Source: Candidatus Eiseniibacteriota bacterium (GTDB lineage: Bacteria > Eisenbacteria > RBG-16-71-46 > SZUA-252). From it: a stretch of 57,226 nucleotides of DNA. Position 1 is the first letter of the stretch. Each line of letters opens with the position of its first letter. Of the stretch, positions 48,619 to 57,226 are shown piece after piece. A program made the translations under genes and the position numbers. The notes beneath the pieces are model-generated. The model worked only from the letters and a program-made list of their open reading frames with translations. It made no database searches and was not told the origin of the DNA. The stretch spans positions 1-57,226 of the forward strand of contig DATJGP010000135.1 in the NCBI GenBank assembly GCA_035494915.1. The letters are read 5' to 3'.

Positions 48619-51600
48619 ATGCCGCTCGACTTCTTCCATCCCGCTGTACGTCAATGGTTTCTGGAGCGAGTGGGCACGCCCTCCCCGCCGCAGACGGAGG
48701 GATGGCCGCTCATCGCCGGCGGGAAGCACACCCTCGTAGCCGCCCCCACCGGGACCGGAAAGACGCTGGCGGCGTTCCTCTGGGCGCTCGACGGTCTCCT
48801 CCGGCAGGGGGCCGCGCTGCCGGACCAGACCCTCGTCCTCTACGTCTCGCCGCTCAAGGCGCTCGGGAACGACGTGCGGAAGAATCTCGACGCGCCGCTG
48901 CGGGAGCTCGAGAAGCGCGATCCTTCGTTCGCGGCGGTCCGCGTGCTCGTCCGCACGGGCGACACGCCGGCGAGCGAGCGCGCGTCCATGACGCGAAAGC
49001 CGCCCCACATCCTCGTCACCACGCCGGAGTCGCTCTACATCCTCCTCACGAGCCAGGGGGGCCGCGCGATGCTTCGCACGGTCCGCACGGTCATCGTCGA
49101 CGAGATCCACGCGATGGCGGGCAACAAGAGGGGGGCCCACCTCGCGCTATCGCTCGAGCGCCTCGAGGCCCTGGTGGAGGGACCGCTGCAGCGCATCGGC
49201 CTCTCCGCGACCCAGAAGCCGGTCGATGAAGTCGCGCGCGTGCTCGCCGGAGTCGGCCGCGAGTGCTCGATCGTGGACATCGGCCATCGGCGCGATCTCG
49301 ATCTCGCGATCGAGGTTCCGGAGTCGCCGCTCGCCACCGTCTGCTCGCACGAGCAGTGGGACGAGATCGTGGCGCGCGCGGCGGTGCTCATCCAGGCGCA
49401 CCGGACCACGCTCGTCTTCGTCAACACGCGGAAGCTCGCCGAGCGGATCGCGGCCAAGCTCACCGCCGTTCTCGGCGAGGACAAGGTGACGAGCCACCAT
49501 GGGAGCCTCGCGCGTGAGCGGCGGCTCGAGGCGGAGCGTCGGCTCAAGGCGGGCGAGCTCCGCGCCCTCGTGGCGACAGCATCGCTCGAGCTCGGGATCG
49601 ACATCGGGGACGTGGACCTGGTCGTCCAGATCGGCGAGACATCGTCGATCTCGGTGCTCCTCCAGCGGGTCGGACGGAGCGGGCACGCGCTCGGAAGGAC
49701 GCCCAAGGGGCGCATCTTCCCGCTCACGCAGGACCAGCTCGTCGTGGCGGCAGCCCTCCTCGACTCCGTGCGGCGCGGCGAGCTCGACCGCCTCCACGTG
49801 CCCGATCGCCCTCTCGACATCCTCGCCCAGCAGGTCGTGGCCGCGTGCGTGGCCGAGACCTGGGAGGAGGCGGCGCTCCACGAGACCTTCCGGCGCGCGT
49901 GGCCGTATCGCCGGCTCGAGCGCTCCGAGTTCGACGAGGTGGTCCGCCTCCACACGCAGGGGCGCGCCGCGCTCCTCCACCGGGACGGTGTGAACGACCG
50001 GCTGCGCGCCACCAAGCGCGCTTCGATCACAGCGCTCACCTCGGGGGGCGCGATCCCGGACACCGGCCAGTACCGGGTGGTGCTCGAGCCGGAAGGAACG
50101 CTCGTCGGATCGCTCGACGAGGACTTCGCGGTCGAGGCGAACGGGGGCGACATCTTCCAGCTCGGAAACGCTTCGTGGCAGATCCTTCGCGTGGAGCCGG
50201 GCGTGGTGCGCGTCTCCGACGCGCGCGGCGCACCGCCGACCATTCCCTTCTGGCTCGGCGAGGGCCCCGCGCGCACCGACGAGCTCGCCGCGGCCGTGGG
50301 CCGCGTGCGCGAGGAGGGGCGCGATCTCAGGTGGCTCTCCGAGGAGGCGGGCGTCGCTCCCGCTGCCGCGACCCAGCTCGCGGAGTACCTCGAGGAGGGG
50401 GCGCGCGCGCTCGGCGCGATCCCAACCCCCGAGTGCGTGGTGCTCGAGCGCTTCTTCGACGAGTCGGGGGGCATGCAGCTCGTGGTGCACGCTCCCTTCG
50501 GGAGCCGCATCAATCGCGCATGGGGGCTCGCCCTCCGGAAGCGCTTCTGCCGCGGCTTCGGGTTCGAGCTCCAGGCCGCGGCCAATGAAGAGGCGATCGT
50601 CATCTCGCTCGGACCCCAGCACAGCTTCCCGCTCGAGGACGTGTTCCAGTTCCTGCACGTGGACGTGGCGCGCGATCTCCTCGTGCAGGCGCTTCTCGAC
50701 GCGCCCATGTTCGGCACGCGCTGGCGCTGGAACCTCACCCGCTCGCTCCTCGTCTCGCGCACGCAGGGAGGCGGCAAGCGCGTCCCCACCCCGCTCATCC
50801 GGATGCGCGCGGAGGACGAGCTCGTCCGCGCCTTCCCGAGCGCGCTCGCCTGCCCCGAGACGATGCCTCCGGGCGACCTCCCCGTGCCGTGGGAGCATCC
50901 GCTCGTGCGGCAGACCATCGAGGACTGCCTCCACGAGGCGATGGACGTGGACGGATTCCTCGAGGTCCTGCGCGGCCTGCGTGACGGACGCATTCGCCGC
51001 CACGCGGTCGACACGCGCGAGCCCTCGCCGTTCGCGCGCGGCATCCTGAACGTGATGCCCTACGGGTTCCTCGACGACTCGCCGCTCGAGGAGCGGCGCA
51101 CTCAGGCCGTGAGCGCGCGGCGCGGTCTCGATCCCCAGATCGCGGACACGCTCGGCGCGCTCGATCCGGACGCGGTGGCGCGGGTGCGCGAGCAGGCCTG
51201 GCCCGAGCCGGAGAGCGACGAGGAGACGCACGAAGCACTCCTCTGGATGGGCTACGTCACCGAAGCGGAAGCCGAGGACTCGGGCTGGACGGAGTGGATC
51301 GAGTCGCTCCGCGAGGGAGGGCGCGTCGTGCCCTTCCAGAGCCTCGAGGGGCCGGCCTGGCGCGCGGTGGAAACGGCGGTCGATCCGGTGGCACTCATCC
51401 GGGGACGCATGGAAGCGCTCGGCCCGGTGGTGATCCTGGCGGAAGGCGAAGCGCCCCTCCGCCGAGCCGAGGATGGCGCGCGAGCGGTTCCATTCCTCCC
51501 GCGCGAGGCCGAGACGGCGCTCCTCCAGCTCGAGGTCGAGGGATCGGTGCTCCGGTGCCGCATCGAAGCGAGGCGCGCGTTCTGCGATCGCCGGCTCCTC

Positions 51601-52659
51601 GCGCGCATCCATCGCGACACACTGGAGAAGCTGCGCCGCGAGATCGAGCCCGTCACCGCCGCCGAGTTCTGGCGCTTCCTCACGTGCTGGCAGCACGCGG
51701 CCGACGGATATCGTCTCGAGGGACCGCGCGGGGTCGCCGAGGTCGTGCGGCAGCTCGCGGGATTCGAGATCGCCGCGGCCGAGTGGGAGGCGAGCGTCCT
51801 TCCGGCCCGCGTACAGGGATACCGGCAGGAATGGCTCGACCAGGTCACGCTCTCGGGCGAGATCGCGTGGGGACGGCTCTGGGGTGGAGGGCGCTCTCCG
51901 ATCCGGACCACGCCCCTCTGTCTCGTGCCGCGCGAGGACCTCGATCCCTGGCTCGCGCTCGCATCCGGGATCGCGGCGCCCGAGCCGTCGTTCGAAGAAA
52001 AGGGCGAGCCCGATGGATCGGAGCGGTCGTCCTACGCGGAAGTGCTGCTCGAGCTGCTCGACCGGAGCGGCGCCATGTTCACGCGCGATCTCGAGCGCCG
52101 CTCCGGCATGCTCCCATCCCACGTCGCGATGGGGCTCGCGGAGCTGATCGCGGCGGGGGCCATCACGTGCGACTCCTTTGGCGGCATCCGGCGCCTCGTC
52201 ACGCCGCCGAGCCGGCGTCGCGGCGTGATGAAGCACGCCGCGTTCACGCCCTCGGGCCGCTGGTCACGCCTCCGAGGATCGATGGCCGGATCCGCGAGAG
52301 CGGTGGATCCCGCGCTCGTCGAGTTCACGGCGACGCAGCTCCTCGCGCGCTACGGCGTGGTCTTCCGGCGCGTGCTCGATCGCGAGCGGATTCCGGTCCC
52401 CTGGCGGGATCTCGTGCGGGTCTATCGGCTCCGGGAATTGCGCGGCGACGTGCGCGGCGGACGGTTCGTGCAGCGGTTCGCGGGTGAGCAGTATGCGCTG
52501 CCGGAGGCCGTGGACCTCATGCGCCGGCTCAGGCGCGAGCGCGCGGACCGGGGCAAAGGACTCGTGGTTTCCGCGGCCGACCCGCTCAACCTGGACGGAA
52601 TCCTGACTCCGGAGCCGCGCGTTCCCGCGCAGGCTAGGCGGCAGGTGCTGGTGGCCTGA
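48619..52659 (+). CDS. lhr: Lhr-family ATP-dependent DEAD/DEAH helicase (long form)
   Basis: Motifs APTGTGKT, YVSPLKAL, VRTGDTP, TTPESL, DEIH, GLSAT, HHGSL, ASLELGIDIG, QRVGRSGH and HAPFGSRINRAWG; TATAAT at 48576-48581. Confidence 0.95.
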   Translation: MPLDFFHPAVRQWFLERVGTPSPPQTEGWPLIAGGKHTLVAAPTGTGKTLAAFLWALDGLLRQGAALPDQTLVLYVSPLKALGNDVRKNLDAPLRELEKRDPSFAAVRVLVRTGDTPASERASMTRKPPHILVTTPESLYILLTSQGGRAMLRTVRTVIVDEIHAMAGNKRGAHLALSLERLEALVEGPLQRIGLSATQKPVDEVARVLAGVGRECSIVDIGHRRDLDLAIEVPESPLATVCSHEQWDEIVARAAVLIQAHRTTLVFVNTRKLAERIAAKLTAVLGEDKVTSHHGSLARERRLEAERRLKAGELRALVATASLELGIDIGDVDLVVQIGETSSISVLLQRVGRSGHALGRTPKGRIFPLTQDQLVVAAALLDSVRRGELDRLHVPDRPLDILAQQVVAACVAETWEEAALHETFRRAWPYRRLERSEFDEVVRLHTQGRAALLHRDGVNDRLRATKRASITALTSGGAIPDTGQYRVVLEPEGTLVGSLDEDFAVEANGGDIFQLGNASWQILRVEPGVVRVSDARGAPPTIPFWLGEGPARTDELAAAVGRVREEGRDLRWLSEEAGVAPAAATQLAEYLEEGARALGAIPTPECVVLERFFDESGGMQLVVHAPFGSRINRAWGLALRKRFCRGFGFELQAAANEEAIVISLGPQHSFPLEDVFQFLHVDVARDLLVQALLDAPMFGTRWRWNLTRSLLVSRTQGGGKRVPTPLIRMRAEDELVRAFPSALACPETMPPGDLPVPWEHPLVRQTIEDCLHEAMDVDGFLEVLRGLRDGRIRRHAVDTREPSPFARGILNVMPYGFLDDSPLEERRTQAVSARRGLDPQIADTLGALDPDAVARVREQAWPEPESDEETHEALLWMGYVTEAEAEDSGWTEWIESLREGGRVVPFQSLEGPAWRAVETAVDPVALIRGRMEALGPVVILAEGEAPLRRAEDGARAVPFLPREAETALLQLEVEGSVLRCRIEARRAFCDRRLLARIHRDTLEKLRREIEPVTAAEFWRFLTCWQHAADGYRLEGPRGVAEVVRQLAGFEIAAAEWEASVLPARVQGYRQEWLDQVTLSGEIAWGRLWGGGRSPIRTTPLCLVPREDLDPWLALASGIAAPEPSFEEKGEPDGSERSSYAEVLLELLDRSGAMFTRDLERRSGMLPSHVAMGLAELIAAGAITCDSFGGIRRLVTPPSRRRGVMKHAAFTPSGRWSRLRGSMAGSARAVDPALVEFTATQLLARYGVVFRRVLDRERIPVPWRDLVRVYRLRELRGDVRGGRFVQRFAGEQYALPEAVDLMRRLRRERADRGKGLVVSAADPLNLDGILTPEPRVPAQARRQVLVA

Positions 52660-54160
52660 GCTTCGCGCGCATCGCGCGATCGACCTCCGCTCCCACGCGC
52701 GCCGAGATCTCGGGCACGGCGTCCACGTCGGCGGTCTGCGTGCGGAAGTTCACGATGCAGGCCCGCAGCACGTAGCGTCCCTCGACGATCGCATTCGAGA
52801 CGAAGATCTCCCCCTCTTCCTGCAGCCGCTCCAGGATCGCCTGGTTCAGCTCGTCCAGGTACCGCGCGACATCCTCTTCCTGCGCGCGCGCCTTGAGATC
52901 TTCGGGCAGGTAGCGGTAGGTGGCGATGCTCAAGACCTGCGTCGTGAGCTCGAGATCGGGGCGCCGGGCGATCGCCTCCGCCATCCGCTGCGAGAGGCGG
53001 ATGTCGTCCCCGATCATGCGGCGGTAGCCCGCGGCGCCCGCCTGGCGCAGCATCAGCCACACCTTGAGCGCACGGAACCCGCGGGAGTTCTGCGGGCCGA
53101 GATCGAGGAAGTTGATCGCTTCCTCGTCGAGATGATAGTAGGGCGGACGATACGAAAACGCGCTCCGGAGCCGCCCTGCCTCGCGGATCAGCGTGCATCC
53201 CGCTTCCAGCGGAGCGTACAGCCACTTGTGCGGATCCACCGCGATGGAATCCGCGGCGAAGAGCCCGCGCAGCGCGACGGGCGCATCGGGAAGCGCCGCG
53301 GCCAATCCGCCATAGGCGCCGTCGACGTGGAACCAGAGCCCCCGCTCGCGGCAGAACGCGGCGATCTCCGGGAGCGGATCGATCGCGCCGGTGCTCACCG
53401 ATCCGGCCGTGCCGACGACGAGGAACGGCTTGTCCCCCGCGGCCCGGTCCGCGTCCACCTGCGCGCGCAGCGCGTCCAGGTCCATGGTCTGGTCCCGCTT
53501 CACCGGGATCCATCGAACGGCCTGCTCGCCGATGCCGGAAAGATCGGCCGCCTTCTGGATCCAGGTGTGTGTCTCGGCGGATCCGTAGACGCGGAGCATC
53601 GGCCCCGCCGCCACGCCCTTGGCGCGCACCGGCCAGTCCGCCTGCGCGGCGCGCGCGGCGTAGAACGCGACGATGTTGGCCATGTTGCCGCCGCTCACGA
53701 GGATTCCTTCGGCCGCCGGGAATCCGATCAGCTCCGCGATCCAGCGAAGGGTTTGCGCCTCGATCTCCGTGGCCGCGGGAGAAAGAACCCAGCCCCCGAC
53801 GTTCGGATTGGCGGAGGCGGCGAGGAGATCGCCGAGCATTCCGATGGGAGCGGGCGAGGCCGTGATGTAGCCGAAGAAGCGCGGGTGGCCGTTGAAGAGC
53901 GAATGGTCGAAGAGCTTCCGGGCCGTCTCCTCGAGGAGCGCGCCGCCGTCCATTCCCGCCTCGGGGAGCGGTCCGTTCAGATCGAGTGCGTCCCGCACCT
54001 CGGATGGCGTCTCGCCCGGCGTCACCGGACGGGACGGAACCGAATCGAGGAGCGATGCGATCTGGTCGACGAGCGCGTGTCCCCAGCTCCGGAACGTGGC
54101 GGAGTCGATCGCGAGCGGCGCGTCGCGGCGCGGCCCTGGATCGTCGCGCTTCACGGTCAT
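52634..54160 (-). CDS. Group II PLP-dependent decarboxylase (aromatic amino acid / glutamate decarboxylase family)
   Basis: Motifs HPRFFGYI, SGGNMAN, GTAGSVSTGAIDP, HVDGAYGG and DPHKWL (PLP Lys). Confidence 0.94.
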   Translation of the reverse strand: MTVKRDDPGPRRDAPLAIDSATFRSWGHALVDQIASLLDSVPSRPVTPGETPSEVRDALDLNGPLPEAGMDGGALLEETARKLFDHSLFNGHPRFFGYITASPAPIGMLGDLLAASANPNVGGWVLSPAATEIEAQTLRWIAELIGFPAAEGILVSGGNMANIVAFYAARAAQADWPVRAKGVAAGPMLRVYGSAETHTWIQKAADLSGIGEQAVRWIPVKRDQTMDLDALRAQVDADRAAGDKPFLVVGTAGSVSTGAIDPLPEIAAFCRERGLWFHVDGAYGGLAAALPDAPVALRGLFAADSIAVDPHKWLYAPLEAGCTLIREAGRLRSAFSYRPPYYHLDEEAINFLDLGPQNSRGFRALKVWLMLRQAGAAGYRRMIGDDIRLSQRMAEAIARRPDLELTTQVLSIATYRYLPEDLKARAQEEDVARYLDELNQAILERLQEEGEIFVSNAIVEGRYVLRACIVNFRTQTADVDAVPEISARVGAEVDRAMRAKLRPPAPAA

Positions 54161-54999
54161 CGAAGTCCCTCGAAGAGATCGCGCTCCTTGGCGCGGCCTC
54201 CGTTCACGGTGCTGAGCGCCCGATAGAACTCCTGCGCGCCCCAGAGCGCCCGGTGGCGCTCGGGGTCGAGGTCCTTCAGCTGGTCGTAGACCGCGATCTG
54301 CGAATCGTGGCAGGAGACCGCCTTCCACGCGACCTCCCAGTGCTTCGTCGTGTCGACGAGCGTCGTGATTTCCCATTCTGGCCATGCGTGCGCCACGCGC
54401 TCCACGCCGTCGACGGTGGACGCGAGACGCTTGAAGGCGTGCTGGTAAACCTCCCAGCGCGCCGGCGAGTTCACCATGTAGTAGAGCTTCGACACCGAGT
54501 GCGGCGCGCCCGCGGGATCCGTCGCGTGCGCGGAGTCAGCCGCGGCGAGGACCGCCGCCGTGGTGAACTGGCAGATCGCGATGTGGTCCGGGTGGCCATA
54601 GGCGCCGTCGGGCGGGAACGTGAGCACGACGTGCGGCCGCACGGCGCGGATGCGTCCCGCGATCCGGCCCACGATCTCGCGCGGGTCCGCCTGGTCCAGC
54701 GCCCCGTCGTGGTACCCGAGGAGCCACAATCCACGGATCCCGAGCACCTGGGCGGCACACCGCACCTCGGCCTCCCGGATCTCGCCCAGCCGCTCCCGTC
54801 CGGGGTGGCCGGGGCCCTCCCGATGCTCGTGGTACCGCCCCCCCTCGCCGCGCGTGGCCGTGACGAGGGAGACCTCCACGCCCTCGGCTGCGTACTTCGC
54901 GAGCACGCCTCCCACGCCGAGCGACTCGTCATCGGGATGCGCGAGCACCGCCATGAGGCGGAGCGGAGCGGGTTTGCCGTCCTGGAGTGGGGGGCACAT
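54157..54999 (-). CDS. PIG-L family deacetylase (MshB/Mca/BshB-like)
   Basis: Motifs AHPDDES, TATRGEGG, YGHPDH and CHDSQ. The start could instead be at 54954. Confidence 0.92.
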   Translation of the reverse strand: MCPPLQDGKPAPLRLMAVLAHPDDESLGVGGVLAKYAAEGVEVSLVTATRGEGGRYHEHREGPGHPGRERLGEIREAEVRCAAQVLGIRGLWLLGYHDGALDQADPREIVGRIAGRIRAVRPHVVLTFPPDGAYGHPDHIAICQFTTAAVLAAADSAHATDPAGAPHSVSKLYYMVNSPARWEVYQHAFKRLASTVDGVERVAHAWPEWEITTLVDTTKHWEVAWKAVSCHDSQIAVYDQLKDLDPERHRALWGAQEFYRALSTVNGGRAKERDLFEGLR

Positions 55000-55091
55000 G
55001 GAACGGAGGAGGATACACGGAAAGGCGTTCTTGCGCTCGCCTCCGAAGGGCGTACGCTGAAAGGAGCGCCAGCCTGGGATGGGAGGTCGTC

Positions 55092-55661
55092 ATGGCCACG
55101 ATTCCATGGATCCGGGACGTCGACGCCGCACTCGCCAAGGCGGTGTCGGAAGGGAAGCCCGTTCTCCTGGATTTCAGCGCCGCACCGATGTGAAGCGGGT
55201 GTGCCCGGCTGGAAGCCGAGGTCTACCCCGATGAGCGCATCGCGCGGTTCATCACCGAGAATTTCATCCCCGCCAAGGCCCACGTGAAGGATCAGCCCGA
55301 TACCTTCCGCCGGTTTGGCGCGCCCTGGACCCCGACGCAGCTCGTGCTGGACGAGTCGGGCAAGGAGCGCTATCGGATCGAAGGGTTCCTGCCCGCCGAG
55401 GATTTTCTGGCCCAGCTCAAGATGGCGCTCGGCCGGCTCGCGTTCGAGAGCGAGCGCTTCCGCGAAGCGGAGCAGCGGTTCCTCAACGTGTGTCGCGAGC
55501 ACCCGGAGGCCACCTCGGCGCCGGAGGCTTGCTACTGGCGGGGTGTCAGCGAGTACAAGGAGAAGCACGAACCATCGCCGCTCAAGGAGACCGCCGAGTT
55601 CCTCATGAATCGGTATCCGGAGAGCGAGTGGACCAAGAAGGCGTCGGTCTGGGCAGGATGA
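55092..55661 (+). CDS. Thioredoxin-fold selenoprotein (UxxC) with a C-terminal TPR region; TGA 55191-55193 read as Sec
   Basis: GGAGG SD and ATG at 55092. The reading is KPVLLDFSAAPM-TGA-SGCARLEAEVY...WTPT...RIEGFLP, in one frame with tracked ORF 55284-55661. Confidence 0.88.
55197..55228 (+). promoter_or_regulatory. Candidate bacterial SECIS element
   Basis: Hairpin starting 3 nt after the TGA: gggtg/taccc, gcc/ggt, a bulged A, cggct/agccg, and apical loop GGA beginning 17 nt after the UGA. Confidence 0.7.
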
Positions 55662-55741
55662 GCCGGCCGCGCTGAAGCCCGCACGGGCCGGAGGGCCCGC
55701 GCGCGACAACGAGGGCGTCACGCCGCGAGGCGGGGCGTCCT

Positions 55742-56965
55742 CTACTCGTAACGGAGCGCGATGATGGGATCGAGGCTCGCCGCGCGCCGCGCGGGCCAGA
55801 CCCCGAACAGGATGCCGACCGCCGCGGCGAAGATGAACGAGACCACGATCGAGAAGGGATCGACCGACGTGGTCCAGCCGAAGGCGACGCGGAGCATCGT
55901 CGCCATGCCGGCGCCGAGCAGGATGCCGGCAATGCCTCCGAGGAGACAGAGCACGACCGCCTCGATCAGGAACTGGAGGAGGATGTTGGCGCGGGTCGCG
56001 CCGAGCGCCTTCCGGATCCCGATCTCCCGCGTCCGCTCCGTCACCGAGACGAGCATGATGTTCATGATGCCGATCCCCCCCACGAGGAGGCTCACCGCGG
56101 CGATGCCGGCGAGGAGGAGCGTGAACACCTGCGTGGTCTCGCCGAGGGTCGTGAGGAAGTCGGCCTGGCTCCGGATCACGAAGTCGTCCGGGGCCCCCGA
56201 GCGGAGCCGGTGCTCGCGGCGGAGGATGCGCTGCACGTCGGCCATCGCGTTCGGGATCTCGTCCTCCGATGGAGCGAGCACGTTGATGGAGCGCAGGCGG
56301 TCGGTGCCGAAGAGCCGGAAGCGCGCCGTCTCGATGGGGATCAGCACCTGATCGTCGGGGTTGTTGAACCCGCCCCCGGTCCCCTTCGACGCGAGCACGC
56401 CGACGACTGTGAACTGGATGCTGCCGATCCGGACCGGCTCGCCGATCAGCGCCTCGGGCGCCGTGATGCCGAGATCGCTCGCCACCTGGGATCCGAGCAC
56501 CGCCACGCGCCGCCGCGCGTCGTTGTCCGCGTCCGTGAACATGGCGCCCGCGCCGATCGTGAAGTTCCGGACCTCGGGGTAGTTGGCGGTCACACCGGAG
56601 ATCGAGGTGTTCGTGTTCTGGTTCAGGTACTGGACCTGGAACTGCCGGGTCATCTCGGGCTGGATGCCCCCGAGAACCGTCGAGCGGCGCTCGAGCGCGT
56701 CGGCGTCGTCCATCGTGAGGATGGAGCGATCCGTGCCGGAGGCGATGCCGCCGGGGCCGCGCGCCGACGTGGGCATGACGGTGAGGAGCGTCGTGCCGAG
56801 GGACGCGATCCGCGCCTTCACCGAGGCCTGCGCCCCGCGTCCGAGGGCCACCATGGCGATGACCGCGGCCACGCCGATCACGACGCCGAGCATGGTGAGG
56901 AACGAACGAAGCTTGTTCGCGCGGAGCGCCGCGAGCGCGACCGCGAGGATCTCGTGGACGATCAT
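55742..56965 (-). CDS. MacB/FtsX-like ABC transporter permease
   Basis: 'NKLRSFLTMLGVVIGVAAVI' and 'SLLVGGIGIMNIMLVSVTERTREIGIRKALGA'. Confidence 0.95.
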   Translation of the reverse strand: MIVHEILAVALAALRANKLRSFLTMLGVVIGVAAVIAMVALGRGAQASVKARIASLGTTLLTVMPTSARGPGGIASGTDRSILTMDDADALERRSTVLGGIQPEMTRQFQVQYLNQNTNTSISGVTANYPEVRNFTIGAGAMFTDADNDARRRVAVLGSQVASDLGITAPEALIGEPVRIGSIQFTVVGVLASKGTGGGFNNPDDQVLIPIETARFRLFGTDRLRSINVLAPSEDEIPNAMADVQRILRREHRLRSGAPDDFVIRSQADFLTTLGETTQVFTLLLAGIAAVSLLVGGIGIMNIMLVSVTERTREIGIRKALGATRANILLQFLIEAVVLCLLGGIAGILLGAGMATMLRVAFGWTTSVDPFSIVVSFIFAAAVGILFGVWPARRAASLDPIIALRYE

Positions 56966-56966
56966 G

Positions 56967-57226
56967 CTACCGCCCTCCTCCGCCACCCCCGCGCCCACCG
57001 CCACCGCTGCCTCCGCCACCACCAGCACCGCCGCGGCCTCCGCCGCCTCCGGTGCCTCCGGTGCCCGGAACGCCGAGGCCGCCGCCCATTCGCTGGCGGA
57101 TGTTCTGCATGCTCTGCTCGCGCTGCATCTGGAGCGTGGCCGCGCTCAAGAGGGCGACCTGCTCTCCTTCTTGTAGACCCGAGAGAACCTGGGCGTAGTC
57201 GTAGTTGGAGACGCCGATCCGGACCA
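56967..57226 (-). CDS. C-terminus of a MacA-like periplasmic adaptor subunit (partial), with a Gly-rich tail
   Basis: Open frame 'VRIGVSNYDYAQVLSGLQEGEQV' followed by a poly-Gly tail, directly upstream of the MacB-like permease. Confidence 0.8.
   Translation of the reverse strand, partial: VRIGVSNYDYAQVLSGLQEGEQVALLSAATLQMQREQSMQNIRQRMGGGLGVPGTGGTGGGGGRGGAGGGGGSGGGGRGGGGGGR

Noticed and set aside
55191-55193. Genome-wide UGA=Trp/Gly recoding as the explanation for the in-frame TGA
   Set aside because: Many genes here end at TGA at their expected C-termini (e.g. 2810, 21221, 29549), and this codon aligns with a catalytic Cys.
56967-57070. GCC/CCG-rich repeat as a tandem repeat element
   Set aside because: It simply encodes the poly-Gly tail of the MacA-like protein.
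1-57226. CRISPR arrays, tRNA/rRNA genes, IS elements or prophage
   Set aside because: I found no regularly spaced repeats, cloverleaf structures, transposase, integrase or phage genes by eye. A tRNAscan-SE or Infernal run would be needed to exclude small RNAs such as tRNA-Sec.

Overview
A very GC-rich (roughly 70% by eye) bacterial chromosomal window with about 50 densely packed genes. I found no rRNA, tRNA, CRISPR array, integrase or transposase. The content is housekeeping and stress genes (gdhA, a nagB fusion, typA, cobB, lhr, sodC, peroxiredoxin, a cold-shock protein, M32/M20 peptidases, an L,D-transpeptidase, ABC/MFS transporters) mixed with Ser/Thr kinase-TPR signalling proteins and several uncharacterised secreted proteins. 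The gene types (kinase-TPR proteins, a FlgD/T9SS-like C-terminal sorting domain) suggest a diderm such as Ca. Eisenbacteria or a relative; this is inference only. Main hidden signals: (1) a thioredoxin-fold/TPR selenoprotein (55092-55661) that the ORF track splits at an in-frame TGA forming a UxxC motif, followed by a SECIS-like hairpin; (2) a cupredoxin / sensor kinase / outer-membrane barrel operon whose kinase has Leu in place of the phospho-acceptor His; (3) an ECF sigma factor coupled to a kinase-less stub of its usual Ser/Thr kinase partner; (4) an uncharacterised Tyr/Trp-rich secreted domain present in three copies across two genes; (5) many apparently leaderless genes. All family assignments come from motif recognition by eye, not from database searches.
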